Assembly (NCBI RefSeq): GCF_009914755.1
Contig: NC_060935.1
Origin: the human T2T-CHM13v2.0 reference genome, Homo sapiens
Length of the DNA: 64,000 nucleotides
Reading direction: 5' to 3' (one strand)
Shown here: piece by piece, positions 13,965-29,531 of the stretch
Layout: each line of letters starts with the position of its first letter
How positions within the stretch are numbered: position 1 is the first letter of the stretch
Translations under genes and position numbers: made by a program
The notes under the pieces: generated by a model
Told to the model about the DNA's origin: nothing
The model's input: the letters and a program-made list of their open reading frames with translations, nothing else
Database searches by the model: none

Positions 13965-14384
13965 CTATATTAGTTTGCTAGGGCTGCTGTAAGGAAGTAT
14001 CACGAATTGAGTGGCTTACACAACAGAAATTTACTGCCATATGTATTGGAGGCTATGAGTCTGAGATCATGGTGTTGACAGATCTCCATTCTCTCTCCTA
14101 GGTTCTGGTAGTTCCTTGGCTTGCAGCAGCATAACTCTAATTTACACATGGCATTCTCCCTGTGTTTGTGTCTGTGTCCAAATATTTCCCTTTTTGTAAG
14201 GACAGAGGTCATACTGGATTAGGGCCCACCCTACTGGCCTCATTGTAACTTGATTATTTCTGTAAAGAAATAATAGAGAAACTTATCTGTAAAGAAACTT
14301 ATCTCCAAATAAGGTTACATTCAGAGATACTGGGGGTTAGGACTTCAAAGTATCTTAGGAAGAGGTACACAGTTAACCCATAAC
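13965..14384 (-). mobile_element. MaLR LTR (MLT1C-like)
   Basis: tattagtttgctagggctgctgtaa...caacagaaattta...ggattagggcccaccct...aacccataaca. Confidence 0.85.
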
Positions 14385-14954
14385 ACTCACTCTCCTAAAT
14401 AATCTGTTCACTAGATTATGGGAGTGGTCCGCCTGTGATCTAACAGTCCACAGAATGCATTAAGAAAATGCTCAGAAGCAGTGAATCCATATACCCATCT
14501 AATATTACAACAACTTTCACCATTCTTGATTCCTTTTCCAAGTTTTATTTTTCTCCTTAGCACTTGCTATCTACCGTACGATTTATTTTACTACCTTTTC
14601 TCATTTATGTCTATCATGATGATAGGATGCTAGATCCATAAGAGTAGCGATTTCTATCTACATGTTCCTTGCTATGTTTTCTACCATGTGGAACAGTACA
14701 CACCATGTAGGCACTCTATAGATATTAATGGAATGGTTAACTTATATGAACTTAATCAACCGTAAGTAAAGATTATTAACTATTGGAAAAATAGACAAAA
14801 TATCTTTTAATGTCTTAGACTTTTTAATGAGTCAATTCTCTACTTTCCCTTCAATTTTCCATTACAAAGCATATTAGAATAAAGAAAAAGAAGCTTTGAG
14901 AAGAGCTATGCAGTAGTCTCCGAGTGGCCCAGTCACCACTCTGTAAAAGAGAAA

Positions 14955-15403
14955 TTATTTTTTCAGCCTTATTAAGGTACAATTGATAAATTAAAAATTT
15001 TATATATTCAATGTGTACAACATCATGTTTTGATACATGTATATACTGTGAATTGATTACCATAATCAAGCTAATTAACATATCCATATTTCACATATTT
15101 ATTTTTTGTGGCGAGAATATTTAAGATCTACTTTCTTAGCCTATTTCAAATATATAGTACATTAACTATAGCCATCATGCTGTACATTAGGTCCCTAGAA
15201 CTTATTCATCTTATACTTGCAAATGTGCACCCTTTGACCAACACCTGCCCATTTCTCCCATACCCCAACCCCTTGTAACTGCTATTCTACTATTTGCTTC
15301 TATGTATTAGCCTTTTTGCAGTTTCCACATATAAATGAGATCATGCAGTAATTGTCTTTCTGTGCCTGGTTTATTTCACTTAGCATAATATCATCTGGGC
15401 TCA
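14955..15403 (-). mobile_element. L1MA8/9-like 3' end
   Basis: aaggtacaattgataaat...caagctaattaacatatccat...ccacatataaatgagatcatgcagta...ttatttcacttagcataat. Confidence 0.82.
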
Positions 15404-15899
15404 TTTTAAATATTTTACTAATACAATATTTTACGTTGCATCCAAATAGCACAAAGTAGCAAGAATCAGTAGAGACTACTAAACTGGACAAATCAGATGC
15501 CAAGTTCATTTTTGTTTGTTTATTCTAAAGTATTCCAGTTTGGCTTACCTATATTGATCAAAACAACTTGATAATTTCCAGACTGTCATTGTGCTATAGG
15601 CAAAAAATATCTATCATTCAGCTTCTGGCAGTAGGCTGGAAGGATCCTCATGAAAAACAAACAAAAAAAGTAGATTTTGCATAAAATATAATTTTCATAA
15701 CACTGCTGGGCTTAAAATAGGTGAGGAAAATCTCCAAGGGGCCTAAGCAAAAATAAAAGCATAAACGTTGAGCTAAAAGCTTAACTATGAGCTGAAAGCG
15801 CATACTTAAGATAGGATAGCTTGAGGGTAAATGCCAGTCTCTGCACTGTGGTTTGGAGATTTAGCTTTACCTTAGCAGCAAGGAAGATAAGCTGAAAAT

Positions 15900-17040
15900 G
15901 AGATTCTTGGATTATACCTGAAACCCTGGAAGGGGCTAAATTTGTTCTAGGTTTGTAATGTCTCCAAAATCCCTGTGGAAACACATGAACCTTCTCTTAC
16001 ATGGAATATATCTTTAAATTAGGCATCCTAGTTTTCCTCAGAATAAAATAAAGTCAAATATAAGGTAACAATCAACAATCACCAAATTTACAATAAAACT
16101 TACCACCAGAAATGAGAGTAGGTAGGAAAAAACATAATAGATTTAGCTCACCAAGGGCATCAAATACTAGATTTTACGACTTGGAATATAAAATATACAT
16201 AGGACATTTAAAGAAGTAAAGAATGACATCACAAAATACAATGAGAGCCAATTAAAAACTGATGAGGGATATTTGGAAAAGAAAATAGAACCTTTATAAA
16301 TTTTTAAAAAATGGTTGAAAGTAAAACAAAACAGCAGATGGGTTAAATAAAATATTAGATGCCACTAAAGAAAGTAAATAAACTAGAACTGGAAGATCTA
16401 AAAATACCATAACATGTAGAACAAAGAGCTAAAGAGTAGAAAATATGAGGAGATCAAGTAATATATGATATAGAATGTGAAAATCTAAATTAATCAGAGT
16501 ACCTGAGGGAGAGAATAAAGAGAATGGGGAGAATAAAGAGAATGGGGAAAGGTAAATTTTGAAGTACCAGATTGTGAAACTCCCTGAAGTAATGAAAAAT
16601 ATGAACTCACGATATCAAGCACAGCATCCACCAAGAAATATAAATAAAACAAAATCCAGAATTAGACACTTAGTCATGAATCCACAGATAGCACAGAGAT
16701 CATAAAAGCAGAGAGAGAAGACTGACACTATATAGAAGTAATAGAAACCAGAACACAATGGAATAATATTTTCAATGGATTGAGAAATAATAACTGTCAT
16801 CCTAGTGTGGTACACTCAGAAAAGCTATATTTTTATAATGCTAATGAGATCAACACAAACCAAGAGACTTCTCCATGAATAACACAAAAGAAAATTCTAA
16901 AAGTGCATTACTGAAACAAAGAAAAATGAACCCAGAATAACCTAAGATTAAAAAAATAGGAAACAAAGAATGGGACGAATGTAGGTAAATCTAAGCAAAA
17001 ATTTTCTGTGGAAGATAATGGAATAACTATAATAACTGTA
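15900..17040 (+). mobile_element. Highly decayed ORF1-type LINE remnant (HAL1 or L1M)
   Basis: A-rich plus strand with gatgggttaaata...agagtacctgagggagagaata...gaaaccagaacacaatggaataatattttcaa ORF1-like motifs; boundaries approximate. Confidence 0.55.
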
Positions 17041-17172
17041 GTATGCTATCTTTTACAAGCATCCCAAATGATTCTTTGTATTGAGTGAGTTTAAGAAACA
17101 ATTATGTAAATGAAAAGTTTTATAAACCATATAGAGATTAAAAAGAGTAAATTGTTAAGAATGAAAAAAGTG

Positions 17173-18790
17173 CAGTTGGCCCTGGAACAACATGGGGATT
17201 GGGAGCGCTGGTCCCCCATGCAGTTGAAATTCCATGTATAACTTTTGACTCCCCTGAAACCTAACTACTAATAGCCTACTGCTGACCAGAAGCTGTACCA
17301 ATATCATAAACAGTTGATTAACACATATTTTGTATTTTATATTATGTATTATGTTCTTACAATAAAGTAAGCTAGAGAAAAATAAAATGTTATTAAGAAA
17401 ATCAAAAGAGAAAATACATATACAGTACTGTACCATATTTATCAATACCATAAGTTTACATTGTCTGTTTACAAGATGAATCGTCTGTCTGAAATGACAG
17501 GCAACTGCAGCTGCAGGCCGCAATATACAGTACGTATAAAGTATTTCAACTTTTTCTTGTAATGTCATGACTTTTCTCTGCCTCAAGGAAGCACATTCAG
17601 CATCACCAGTGGGACTTCATGTGGGCCCCATGGTGTTATTCAAGAATTACATTATTGCACTAAACACTGTAAAAAATACACAAAAACCAAGAGAGGTAAC
17701 TTTTTACTGTAATACGCAATTTACTGGAGAGATGAACTGCTCATGCAGATCTGATTAGCATCACATGCCATTTTAAGAGGATACAATAGGACTTCAACAG
17801 CAACAAGAGGTGGTTATGAAATTATTGCAATAGTACAGTATGTACTATAATCTTATGCAGTTATGATGTAATACTACATCTTTACATTTGTTTACATTTC
17901 TCTCAACTGCAAGTGGTAGTGCCGGGTAGAGTCAGTGTTTTTGTGCATAAGTTTTTTTATAAATTTCAACTTTTTGCAATATATTTGTATATATTTTATA
18001 GTAGTAAATGATGAAACAGACTAGTATCTACATTTTTTTAAACTTTTATTTTTGGTTCAGGGGTACATGTGTAGGTTTGTTATATAGGTAAACTTTTGTA
18101 ACAGGGGTTTGTTGTACAGGTTATTTCATCACCCAGGTACTAAGCAAACTACCCAATAGTTATTTTTTTCTGATCCTCTCCCACCTCCCAACCTGCACAC
18201 TCAAGGAGGCCCCAGTGTCTATTGTTTCCCTCTTTGTGTCCATGAGTTCTCATTATTTAGCTTGCACTTACAAGTAACAACATGCAATATTTGCTTTTCT
18301 TTTCTTGTATTAGTCTGCTAAGGATAATGACCTCTAGCACCATCCATGTCCCTTGCAAAGGATGTGATGTAGTTTTTTATGGCTGCATAGTATTCCATGG
18401 TGTATATGTACCACATTTCTTTATCCAATCTGTCATTGCTGAGCATTTAGGTTGATTCCATGTCTTTGCTGTTGTGAAGAGTGCTGCAGTGAACATTTGT
18501 GTGCCTGTATCATTATGGTAGAATGATTTATATTCCTTTGGGTATATACCCAGTAATCGGATTGCTGGGTCAAGTGGTAGTTCTGTTTCTAGCTCTCTGA
18601 AGAATCACCACACTGCTTTCCACATAACTAACTTTTAAATTATTTCAATATACCTAGGCCACAAGGTTCATCTGCAAGTTTTTTCAAATTGTCGCAAATC
18701 TCCAAAACATTTTCCAATGTATTTATTGAAAAAAGAATCTATATAAGTGAACCCACACAGTTCAAATCTGTGTTGCTCAATGGTCTACTG
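17173..18790 (-). mobile_element. Tigger2a-type element with both TIRs, split by an L1PA
   Basis: TIRs cagttggccctggaacaaca (17173) and tgttgctcaatggtctactg|ta (18790); RQRKVMTLQEKVE peptide of Tigger2 transposase N-terminus. Confidence 0.88.
18033..18625 (-). mobile_element. L1PA13-like 3' fragment nested in Tigger2a
   Basis: aacttttatttttggttcaggggtacatgtgtaggtttgttatataggtaaact...gaatcaccacactgctttccaca. Confidence 0.87.
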
Positions 18791-19249
18791 TATACTGAAA
18801 AATTAGTACATAAAAATTTATAGTCACCACTGTATTGCAACTGTTCCCTTCCTGCAAACAAATGAATCCCCACCATACTATTAGTTTCTTCCTTAGAAGA
18901 ATCCCCTTGCTATTTATGTTTAATAATAGTTTTTGGTTATTTTTCCATTTGCAGAACATGCAGTCTGGTCACCATTCCAAGCCTTTTCAAGATCCTGTCT
19001 TACTCCATGCTTTGCATCTTCTCTATTCTGAGCACACACTCTATGCTAATACTTTCCTCACAGGCTGGAAAAATGTGCTTTTCTCCAATCCTGCTATGTC
19101 TCTGTCCTATCCATTCTGGGAGATGCTTTCCCAATGTCACCTCCATTATAAAATTGTCCCTCGTGTGCAACCCTACCCTCTCAAGTAGAAATAACCTCAC
19201 TTGTCTCAGATGTAGAATGGCTTTGCACAAGACTTTCTTTTGGTGCTTA

Positions 19250-19430
19250 GCACATTGTCTCTTGTAGTATGTCTCCGTGCCTTACCCCCTTTCTAAACTG
19301 AAAGCTTTTTCAAAGCAGGATCTGTTTAAAAGTCAACTTTAAAAATAGGTCTAGCATGGGACCTAACACACAGTAGTGTTTCAGTGAATATTTGTAGAGT
19401 CAATCAATGTATGAATGAATAAATGAAAAT
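19250..19430 (+). mobile_element. L2 3' end
   Basis: ctaaactgaaagc...ctagcatgggacctaacacacagtagtg...aatatttgt...atgaatgaat. Confidence 0.6.
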
Positions 19431-19711
19431 GTATAAAGTTGAAAACATTTTGGAAACAAGTAGAATTCAGTTGTAATTTCAGAGGGATCAAATATTTGCA
19501 AATTTATATACATATATTCATAAATTTATTCATATCTACTGTTAACTAATAACTAATGGACAAACAAATTTTCATCTTTATAAGCAGCCGCAGACCATGA
19601 GCAATTGGTGTAATTTATCATAAACTATGTATCAGAATAATCCCACATTTGGCAAGATCAGAGCCTACTATATACAAATTTTCTGGGTTTCTTCGTGATT
19701 TGAAAAATGTC

Positions 19712-21064
<1,353 letters not shown>

Positions 21065-22119
21065 AAATGTCTACTGTAAAATAATTTAACATGAGCCACT
21101 GAATCCATAAAGTTTGAAAATATGACATTGTAAGCTGATTAAGAAGTCATTCTTTCAGTTGTGTCCCTCCATCTATACATTCACCTAAGAAATAAGGTAT
21201 CTCTCATCTGTGCCAAAAATGATGATATTGTTATTGGAAGAAAAGAAGCACTATTGATGGCACTATTCCTTTTTTCTGTGTTAATATCCATCAGGGCTAC
21301 TGTAGTGGTGAAAGAAGATACTTGGAAAAATAATAACATGGAGAAACATATGATTGACAGGATCCCCAGTAATTCTGACAGTGATCTTATGATGGGTTTT
21401 GACAATACATGTTTGTATGAAATGATACCATCTGCATAAACGCTTCTAGCTCAAGAGGGACTCTGCATGTCCTTTTTGCTTGGCTAGAATTCAAAGAAAT
21501 ACATATTGGTTGTGATTTACCTTCTCCAGAAAGGCAAAATAACTATATTGATATAGAAGTATCAGTAAGCTGAGGCAGTAGATGAAGAAGTTTGAAAGTA
21601 AGTGCTATTGCTGACAGAGATTAAGAAATTCCAGCAGTAAGAATACACACATACATACACATAAAGAGGTGTAAAATTTATTTCCTAATTATTCACATAA
21701 TTCTGTGATACTTTTTGTATTCTACTTTTGGCAACAATCAATTTAAAATGGTTCTATCTTTATAAAATTGCTAATAAAGAACACTTGCCAATTTCCTTTT
21801 AAAAGATGTTATTACTTTAATATACAGCAAAACATGACAGAAAATTGCGAACAATTCAGCTATTTTCTTAAATTAGAAGTAAAAAATAAACTTCGGAAAA
21901 AATTTTGAGAAAAATTCATTCTTGTGCTTATTTCTCAGAAAAACTTTAGAAATAAACACATCAACATAAAGTTTTAGTTCAAAATGGTAATAATAGAAGT
22001 CCAAATTTTATATTCATAATTTTTCCATTTGATGGAGTGATTCATTTACTTAGAATATTTTAATACCTTTCTAGTGCTGTAGGATAAAGGACAATACCAC
22101 ACTCCCTTTACTTTCTGCT

Positions 22120-22560
22120 CCAGTTATAATAGATTACTTTCACTTTGTTAAATATGCCATGATCTCTTTTCTCCCTGGGCCTTTTGAACACATGATCTTC
22201 TCTGCCCTTCTACTAGTACGCCCCTGCAAACACCCTCATCTCTACTGCCCCCAGCTGCCCTTCACCTTACTATCCTCTATGACCTGAATAACTTCCTACT
22301 TATACTTCTTAAATGCTTCGAGGAGGCTTTTTTGGCTCCCCAATATGTTAGGTGTATTTGATACAAATTCCTAAACAACTCCGTATTTCTCTTTTCAAAA
22401 CACTTATCATGCTTGAAATGTATAATTAAAGTCCACCTTTCAAACAAGATTACAAATTCCCTGTCCACAGGGAATTTGTTTTGAATTTCTGACTCGACTT
22501 AAAGACATTGCCTGGTATATAGCAGGTGCTTAATAAATATTGGCTGAATGAACGAAATAA
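22120..22560 (+). mobile_element. L2 3' fragment
   Basis: ggcctttgaacacatg...tgcctggtatatagcaggtgcttaataaatattggctgaatgaa. Confidence 0.6.
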
Positions 22561-22944
22561 AGCATTCCATTCCATGTGCATATTATAAACATATTTGATG
22601 TTTTTGCCCTTCAACCAAGATCATAGTTCTCTGAGGGAGGGACCATGTTTTATACTTGAGTGTCCTTAGCAGTGCCTACAAAAGGGTATGTGCTAGATAA
22701 ATACAGATTAACAACGTTCTCTTATCTAAAACTTTCTACAGCAGAAGAAAGTATAAAGTCTCTTCAAAGTACACATTTTCTGCTACATCTCACTATGTCT
22801 TAGAAATTCCCCCTTGTGCTTAATATACATACACACATAAGTGTATGAACATATATGCAAACAAAACAAGCACAAATGAAACCTTTCCATTAGAATTTTA
22901 CTTTACTACCTTTTTTTTCCTATTTACAAATCCAACTATTTATC

Positions 22945-23417
22945 ATGTTAGATATTCTGAATTTCCTCTTCAGAACCACCTTCCACCTTCTGTACCCTGC
23001 TCTGTACCCCAGGAAGATGACTTTTCTGTACTGCATCAAATCATTCCCCTGCACTCTAGTTTCCAGTTGGGTTTGGCCAATGGTAAACGATGGCAGGTGA
23101 CCAGAGTGGGAGAGGAGAGAAAGTCTGGTTTATTCATTCTCTTGGTTTGCTCTCTGCTGATCTGTGATTTGGCAGTGGCTTATTCTCCCACCTAAGGCAA
23201 GAGATCCCACAGTGGGCCCTTCCCACTGTTAAAGCTTTCCCTAGGTTCCATCCCTTCCCTTGCTCCATCAAGATTGACAGTGTTAGTGGTTCCCACCATT
23301 GCTAGTCCCTAGGGCTTCACCATCCCTTAGTGGTTTCCTTAAGATTGCCCACAACTTTGTTAAGAAGTCTCCCACTGAGTGTGGCATTAAGTTCCTGCTG
23401 GGGCCCTGACTGATATG
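22945..23417 (+). mobile_element. LTR33-like ERVL solo LTR
   Basis: ccaccttctgtaccctgctctgtacccc...cagttgggtttggccaatgg...ttcctgctggggccctgactgata. Confidence 0.75.
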
Positions 23418-23711
23418 CTAATATACATAAAGGCCACTATATAGTCCCTTTCTTTGAGTCAGTGTTGTAGAATAAACAGACCACTGGACTGTCTACTAAA
23501 TAAAATAAAACCCTGCATTCTATATTCCTATATTTCTATAAGACTAAAAATGGCATTAGTGCCACTATTTCTTGTTCTTCTTGCACACTGGGCTTCCAGC
23601 TGAGAATCAGTCAGTGTGGTGTGTGAAAGGACAAAATGAACATCATTCATCTCTATGAGTTAACTAGTCCAGTAGTTACTTTTCAAATGGAGTTGCATCT
23701 GTATTTAGAGC

Positions 23712-23930
23712 GGAGCTTCTCAAACTTTAGTGTGAACCAGATCATAGTGGTGAGGAAAAAGGGGGTAGGGAGGAATGAAGGTGGGTGGTGGGTGGAAGGG
23801 GCCTGTTAGAATGTAGATTTTGATTTAGTAGGTCCCACTGGAGCTTGTGATTCTCAAATAAGCTTCTGAGATTCTGTATCCCTAACCAGCTGATGCAGCT
23901 GATTCCTGGACCACACTTTGAGTAGCAAGG
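23712..23930. mobile_element. MER5-type hAT MITE with G-rich middle
   Basis: ttctcaaactttagtgtg...ggaccacactttgagtagc. Confidence 0.65.
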
Positions 23931-24294
23931 CCCTTGGGTGTCTGTGGCAGTGCCATGTCAGTCTCATAAGGATGGGAATGGCTGAAAGGGTAGGACTCAA
24001 GAACTTCTCCTGCATCTTTGCCTTCATCTGTTTTACATATTATGATTCCAAGTAAGAGTTCATTCAAGGGAGAAAAAGGTTCTATTTATTTATTTTTAAA
24101 AGTGAAATCATCAGCAAATTCCAAATTTATTATGTTCTTCCACACATGTAAAATTCCCATAAGGCTCTGCTTGTGAAAACAATTGCTACCATTTTGAAAA
24201 GTTTATAAGGAAAACATGTAGAATGGATGAGTAGCTTAAAGGAGTAATAAGATACAATATCTGAATATTTTTAAGAAAAAAAGTAATAAAACAA

Positions 24295-24468
24295 AATGAT
24301 ACATTGGACTTTGGGGACTCAGGGGAAAGGATGGGGGTTGGTGAGAAATAGAAGACTACACACTGGGTACAGTGTTCACTGCTTGGGTGATGGGTGCACC
24401 AAAATCTATGCATGTAACCAACTACCACCTGTTTCCCAAAATCCTATTGAAATAAAAAAAATTAAAAA
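24295..24468 (+). mobile_element. L1PB1-like short 3' end
   Basis: ggactttggggactcaggggaaagg...ctacacactgggtacagtg...gggtgatgggtgcaccaaaatc...ctattgaaataaaaa. Confidence 0.85.
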
Positions 24469-26134
24469 GTAGATGAACATAGAGGGCTACTGAAAGGCAC
24501 AGAAATATACCTGTAGAGACGTATTAGATATATTAGGGTGTAACAGCAAGTGGGAGAAGTTGAAATTAAAAGCATTTGAAAGTAAAGAATAGGAAAAAGG
24601 GTCAGAACTTCAGGAATAATTTAAAAGTGGAGGAAAGAAAGTTTTCTATACTATACTTTATTGATAAAGGTTCTACTTCTTCAAACATTTGGAAATTATT
24701 GAAATACAGCCTAATGTTCATTTTGCAAGTGAAGTCAATAGGTAAGATGGTTTACCCAAAGTTTCTAGCTAGTTGGTGACAGAGACACAACTAGAATTTA
24801 GTTCTCCTGACACAATACTAATTATTCTTACTACTTTACTGATTCTTCTTTCCTTGTCTCCTTCCTATCCTTATTTTTAATGTCACATTACTTCGAAAAT
24901 TGTGAGAAAAATCTCCTATTTATTATGACAAAGGTTGTTGACTCTCACCACCATAGGATCCATCATAGAGCACTTAGAAACTTTCAGGAAATGAGGTATA
25001 ACATCGGTCAGCATCTTGTCATATCATTGGAGGGCACTCTTAAAGAAGTCATTATATGAAAAAGACACTTGCACATGTATGTTTATGAAGTAAGCATCTT
25101 CTTATACAGAGTTCCAAGGCCATATTTTCAAATACAAAGAAAACTTATAGTTGTTTATGTTTCAGATTTGGCTGGCATTACTTTTCCTTTGTATTCTGGA
25201 ATCTGTGGACATAAGTATTTTTAACCTCAGGTACTAATTTAGATTTTCAATTTACTTTTGACATGGAAATATGGCCCATGCTGTCTGCCATTCTGCTTAT
25301 ATGATTTCTCTAAAACTTGTGACTTTCTGAAAATATAATACAGGAAAACATTTCTGAAGGGTTTTTTCCATGTTTTTATGTAGTATATGTATTTATGAGT
25401 TCGGAATATGTGCAATACCTAAGAAACATTTATCACCAGACAAATTCAGTAGTATGGATCATCAATATTTACTCATATTCATCTTCAATTTGGCTCTTCT
25501 CCGTGGATATCAAAATTGAAACCTTACTCTGATCTGAAGCCCTGACAAAGTTGGGTTTATTATTTTCATCTGGTAGCTACCTGTGACTCACTGCTCTTAA
25601 TTACTATTCCTTCAAAATATTTATATTATGTTTCTTGTGTCTCACAATCAATATTTATAGGCTTGAAATACACATTTTAAGCCTGTGGTCAAAGCAGAAA
25701 CATAAAAACCAGGATTGTACTGTTTTGCTCTTTTTCAATATCATTGCTATTATCAGACATGTTTTCAATAAATCCTGTTTTGTTTAATATCTTGCCATGG
25801 ATGGGCCTGTCTAACAGAATCAGAGTGGATGGGCTTATTATGCTATAAATGATGAGTTGCAGGATGTTATCAAGAACAATATCTTACTCTTCTCTAATAT
25901 CACAGGAAAGCTTTTGCCTATGATTCTCACAAATTAGTGAACTTTAAGGCATCATTTTTCCAATTACCTTTCAGGTAAACATAACAGAAAAAAAAGGCTT
26001 CATTTGTGGAAAAGAATGGCAAATCCTTGCCATCAGTAGGTTAATCTTTGCTTATGTTATTTCCTTCACCTAAAGTTACCTCCGGCAATCTCCACATGTC
26101 CTAATTCCACCCATCTTTCAAGATGGAGTTACCT

Positions 26135-26228
26135 GTTCTTCAAAAATTTCTCAATCCTGGCTGTACATTAGAATCACCTGGAGATGTTTTGAAACATTAT
26201 CAATGTCCAGAGTCTACTCCAGGCCAAA
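26135..26228. mobile_element. MER5-type fragment
   Basis: ttctcaatcctggctgtacattagaatcacctggaga. Confidence 0.6.
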
Positions 26229-26764
26229 TATATGGAAAGCAAATGGCTTATGTTTCATAGAATTAATGTTTTCTTCTTAATTAAAATAAAACAAAAACAC
26301 TAACAAAAATCCCTGCGGCCGATTAAAAAAAAAAAATGCTCCATTTTCCAATAATAGAGTAGGAAATTTGAAGTCCTTACAGTATTGCTCCCCCTCTTCT
26401 TTCAGAATGAGTTTTATATTTACAATTGGGTGTTTCTTAACTGTTTACATGAAGGAAAGGAGACATATCCAAGGATGAGTGCTAGAGACAAACATGTTAC
26501 GTGGATTGTCTTTGCTTTCCTGAAAGATCACTCAGGTGCTCACTGACTATCTCTTCCATATTGGAAGAAGTTAAAGAGCAGGTCAATGTAGGTACAATTT
26601 TTTTGTGTTCCTGATGCTCATTAGACATTTAACACTGTACTTATTTCTTTTTTGTAAAAGAGATCTCACTGTATCTACCAGATAGTTTTAAAAAAAAAAG
26701 AGGCCCAGAAAATTTGGGACAGCTACCTTAATGAGGTCATAGTTGTGCTTAAGAAGATTAGGAG

Positions 26765-27465
26765 TAGAATTAGAAAATCACCATTTTGCCAACACGAATA
26801 CAATTGATTCTGGCAAGGATCATTAATGATTTCTAAATCCATTCAATGAAAAGTTGTTGGAAAACGGTATGCTCATATGGTCTAAAGTGTCACCCTACAG
26901 ATAACTTGTTAATTACCAAAGGAAAGTTTTCCTTTCAACGAAAAGATTTACAGCCAACACCTTAACTAAGTAATTTAAGATAACATTACAAAGAATAGGA
27001 TAAACTACTATTTTGTACCACTTAATGTGATACAGCTCTTGCCAAAAACATTTAACCTAATCTAATCATGAGGAAACAATCAGAAAAATTCAGATTGTAG
27101 AACTCTAAAAAATGTTAACATCAGGACACTTTAGAATAAAGGATGTTAAAGAAACATGAAAACTAAATGCAATGTGTAATACTCAATTGGATCCTAGGAG
27201 AGACAATCTATAAATAAAATTGTTGAGAAAATTGGGAAAATGTGAATATAAACTACATTTTTGGTAATATACTTTCAAAGTTAATTTTGGGGGGTACTGT
27301 GACTATGTAGATGAATCATCTTCTTTGGAGATACATGCTGAAATTTTAGAAGACAGTGGAATTTAATTTTAAAGAGTAATCAGTGAATCTAGATTTGTTT
27401 TAACATCTTGCTAGTTTCCAACTTTTCTGGAAGCTTAAAACTTTTTAAAATCCAAAGTTGGTGGA
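26765..27465 (+). mobile_element. L1MC/L1ME-class 3' UTR remnant
   Basis: gaaaatcaccattttgc...tctaatcatgaggaaacaatcaga...aactaaatgcaatgtg...ttggatcct. Confidence 0.7.
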
Positions 27466-28157
27466 AAAAAATCTAGATTTTAGACTAAAGCATTAATATC
27501 TTTTGTCTTTACAGGACTTAGCACATGGTAAAGACACACTAAATGAGGGTTAAATACTAACTTAAAAAACGATTAAGAAGGAGCAGTGTTCTATTTGTAC
27601 TATTGTAGGGAGTCTATGATGGCTGACACAATACGGAGATCTTCAGGGGAAACATTTTGATTGGGTTTCCCAGACGTTCTGACCTCTTCGACACTACTTG
27701 TTCTGAACTGTACATCTGATACATTTCCTTCATCTTTGCTTCTTATAATGTCTTATATCTACTTAGCATCTAACCATTTCATATTTTCCTCTTATTTTCC
27801 TAAACTAGAGAACTGAACAAATGAAATAGAAAATTATTCAAAGATATAATACAGGAACGTTTCTGTGAAATAGAGAATTCAATAGTAAGGTAGAAATGGC
27901 ACACCATGTATCAGGGGAAAAGGTTATTAAACTTCAATATTAAATTAAAAATTCTATAGGCACCAAGCAGAAATAAAGTAAGTCTCAAGGGACCAAAAAG
28001 AGGCCAATTTCAAATGTCCCTAACAAGAGGATTAGATATAAGAAAATAAAAGGTTCTGAAGGGGAAAATGTAATCCAGGTTTATTTTGTACAGAATAATT
28101 TGCTCAAATTCTCATTATCAGCAGAAACAATCCTTATAAAAACCATAGTTATACATA

Positions 28158-28273
28158 TAACTGAAAAATTATATAAATCCATTCACTCATTCCACCAATA
28201 TTTAATTGGATACTCAACATCTGCCTGGCAGTACACCAAGATACACATTTGTTATAGTGATATTGCAAAACTC

Positions 28274-28304
<31 letters not shown>

Positions 28305-29531
28305 AATTGTGGTTTTTATAAGGATTGTTTCTGCTTATATATATACTCACATATATATTTATGATTCTACATGTGATAAAATGACATATGATAAAATGAA
28401 GATGATAATAATACCTTTGCTGTAAGATAGTTGTAAGAAATAAATAGGATCTTACACATCAAGTATCTGACCCAAAGGAAATAATCAATACTAATCATTG
28501 CTATTATTATTATTACTGTTTAAAACAACTAAGAACTATACACAAATTACTCCAAGATGAGGCAAAATAAACAAAGCCACAAAGCCCTGGGGACCCAAAG
28601 GAAGGAGAAGGCATTTCAGCTGAGCCCCATTAGTGGAAGCTTCCTGAAAAGGTGATATTTCATTACATATGCCTTAGTAAATTTCAGTGGCACAAAAAAA
28701 AGTAAACTATTAATTAAAATTTGAGTCTGTAGAGGCTGAGCCCTAGAAATTTTTGAAAGGTGTATAAATCCATTGTATTTCCTTCTTTTTCAACATATGT
28801 ACTTATTTATTCATGGGATAAGAGGCTAAAGAAAGGACAGACCAAAAAATTAATAAATAGCAAGTTTTGAAAAACACTAAAAGAAATAAGAAATGCTTTT
28901 TTTTAAATTAGAAATCTAACCCAATGTATTAAATGGGGAGAGCAAGAATACTATAAATGACTCCAGAAAATCTCTGTTTCTACAAAGGACCAGAAAAGCA
29001 GCCACTGCAATAAGAGTGCAAAACACCATGACCAAATAAGGAAGGATCTGGACACTGATTACTTAAAGTAACTTAATGGATTCAGATCTGTGGGCCCAAT
29101 GAAGTTTATTACGCAGAAATTTGAAAATAGGCTGAAGACATCACAGAGCTCTACCAATCATAACAGAGAAGGCATGGAAAGCTGGTGAAAATGCTGGAAC
29201 GAGTTTCTTTTTACATGTTGTTCAATTTTTATTTTTGCAATTAGAGCTATATAAAAATCAACAGAATGTATGTCAATATAAATAGGTCAAAAGCCATGAG
29301 CAGAAAATAAAGAGTTCAAACAGCAAGCATAAGCACACAATCAGTGAATATGAAATAATTGATTTTTCAGAAACATATACAGATATTGCTAAAGATGTAC
29401 TCCCTTTAAAGTAACAGAAAAATCATATTAATTCATTCACTCATTATACCAACATTTGATTGGATACTCAACATGTACCTGGCAGTGAACCAAGATACAC
29501 ATTTGTTATAGTGATATTACAAAGCTCAAAA
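28158..29531 (+). repeat. Dispersed direct duplication of 120 bp (28158-28277 and 29412-29531)
   Basis: Ungapped match at offset 1254, 14 mismatches counted by eye. Confidence 0.92.

Noticed and set aside
21161-21439. Overlapping 92-aa and 74-aa ORFs in non-repeat DNA
   Set aside because: No recognisable protein similarity or convincing splice pair
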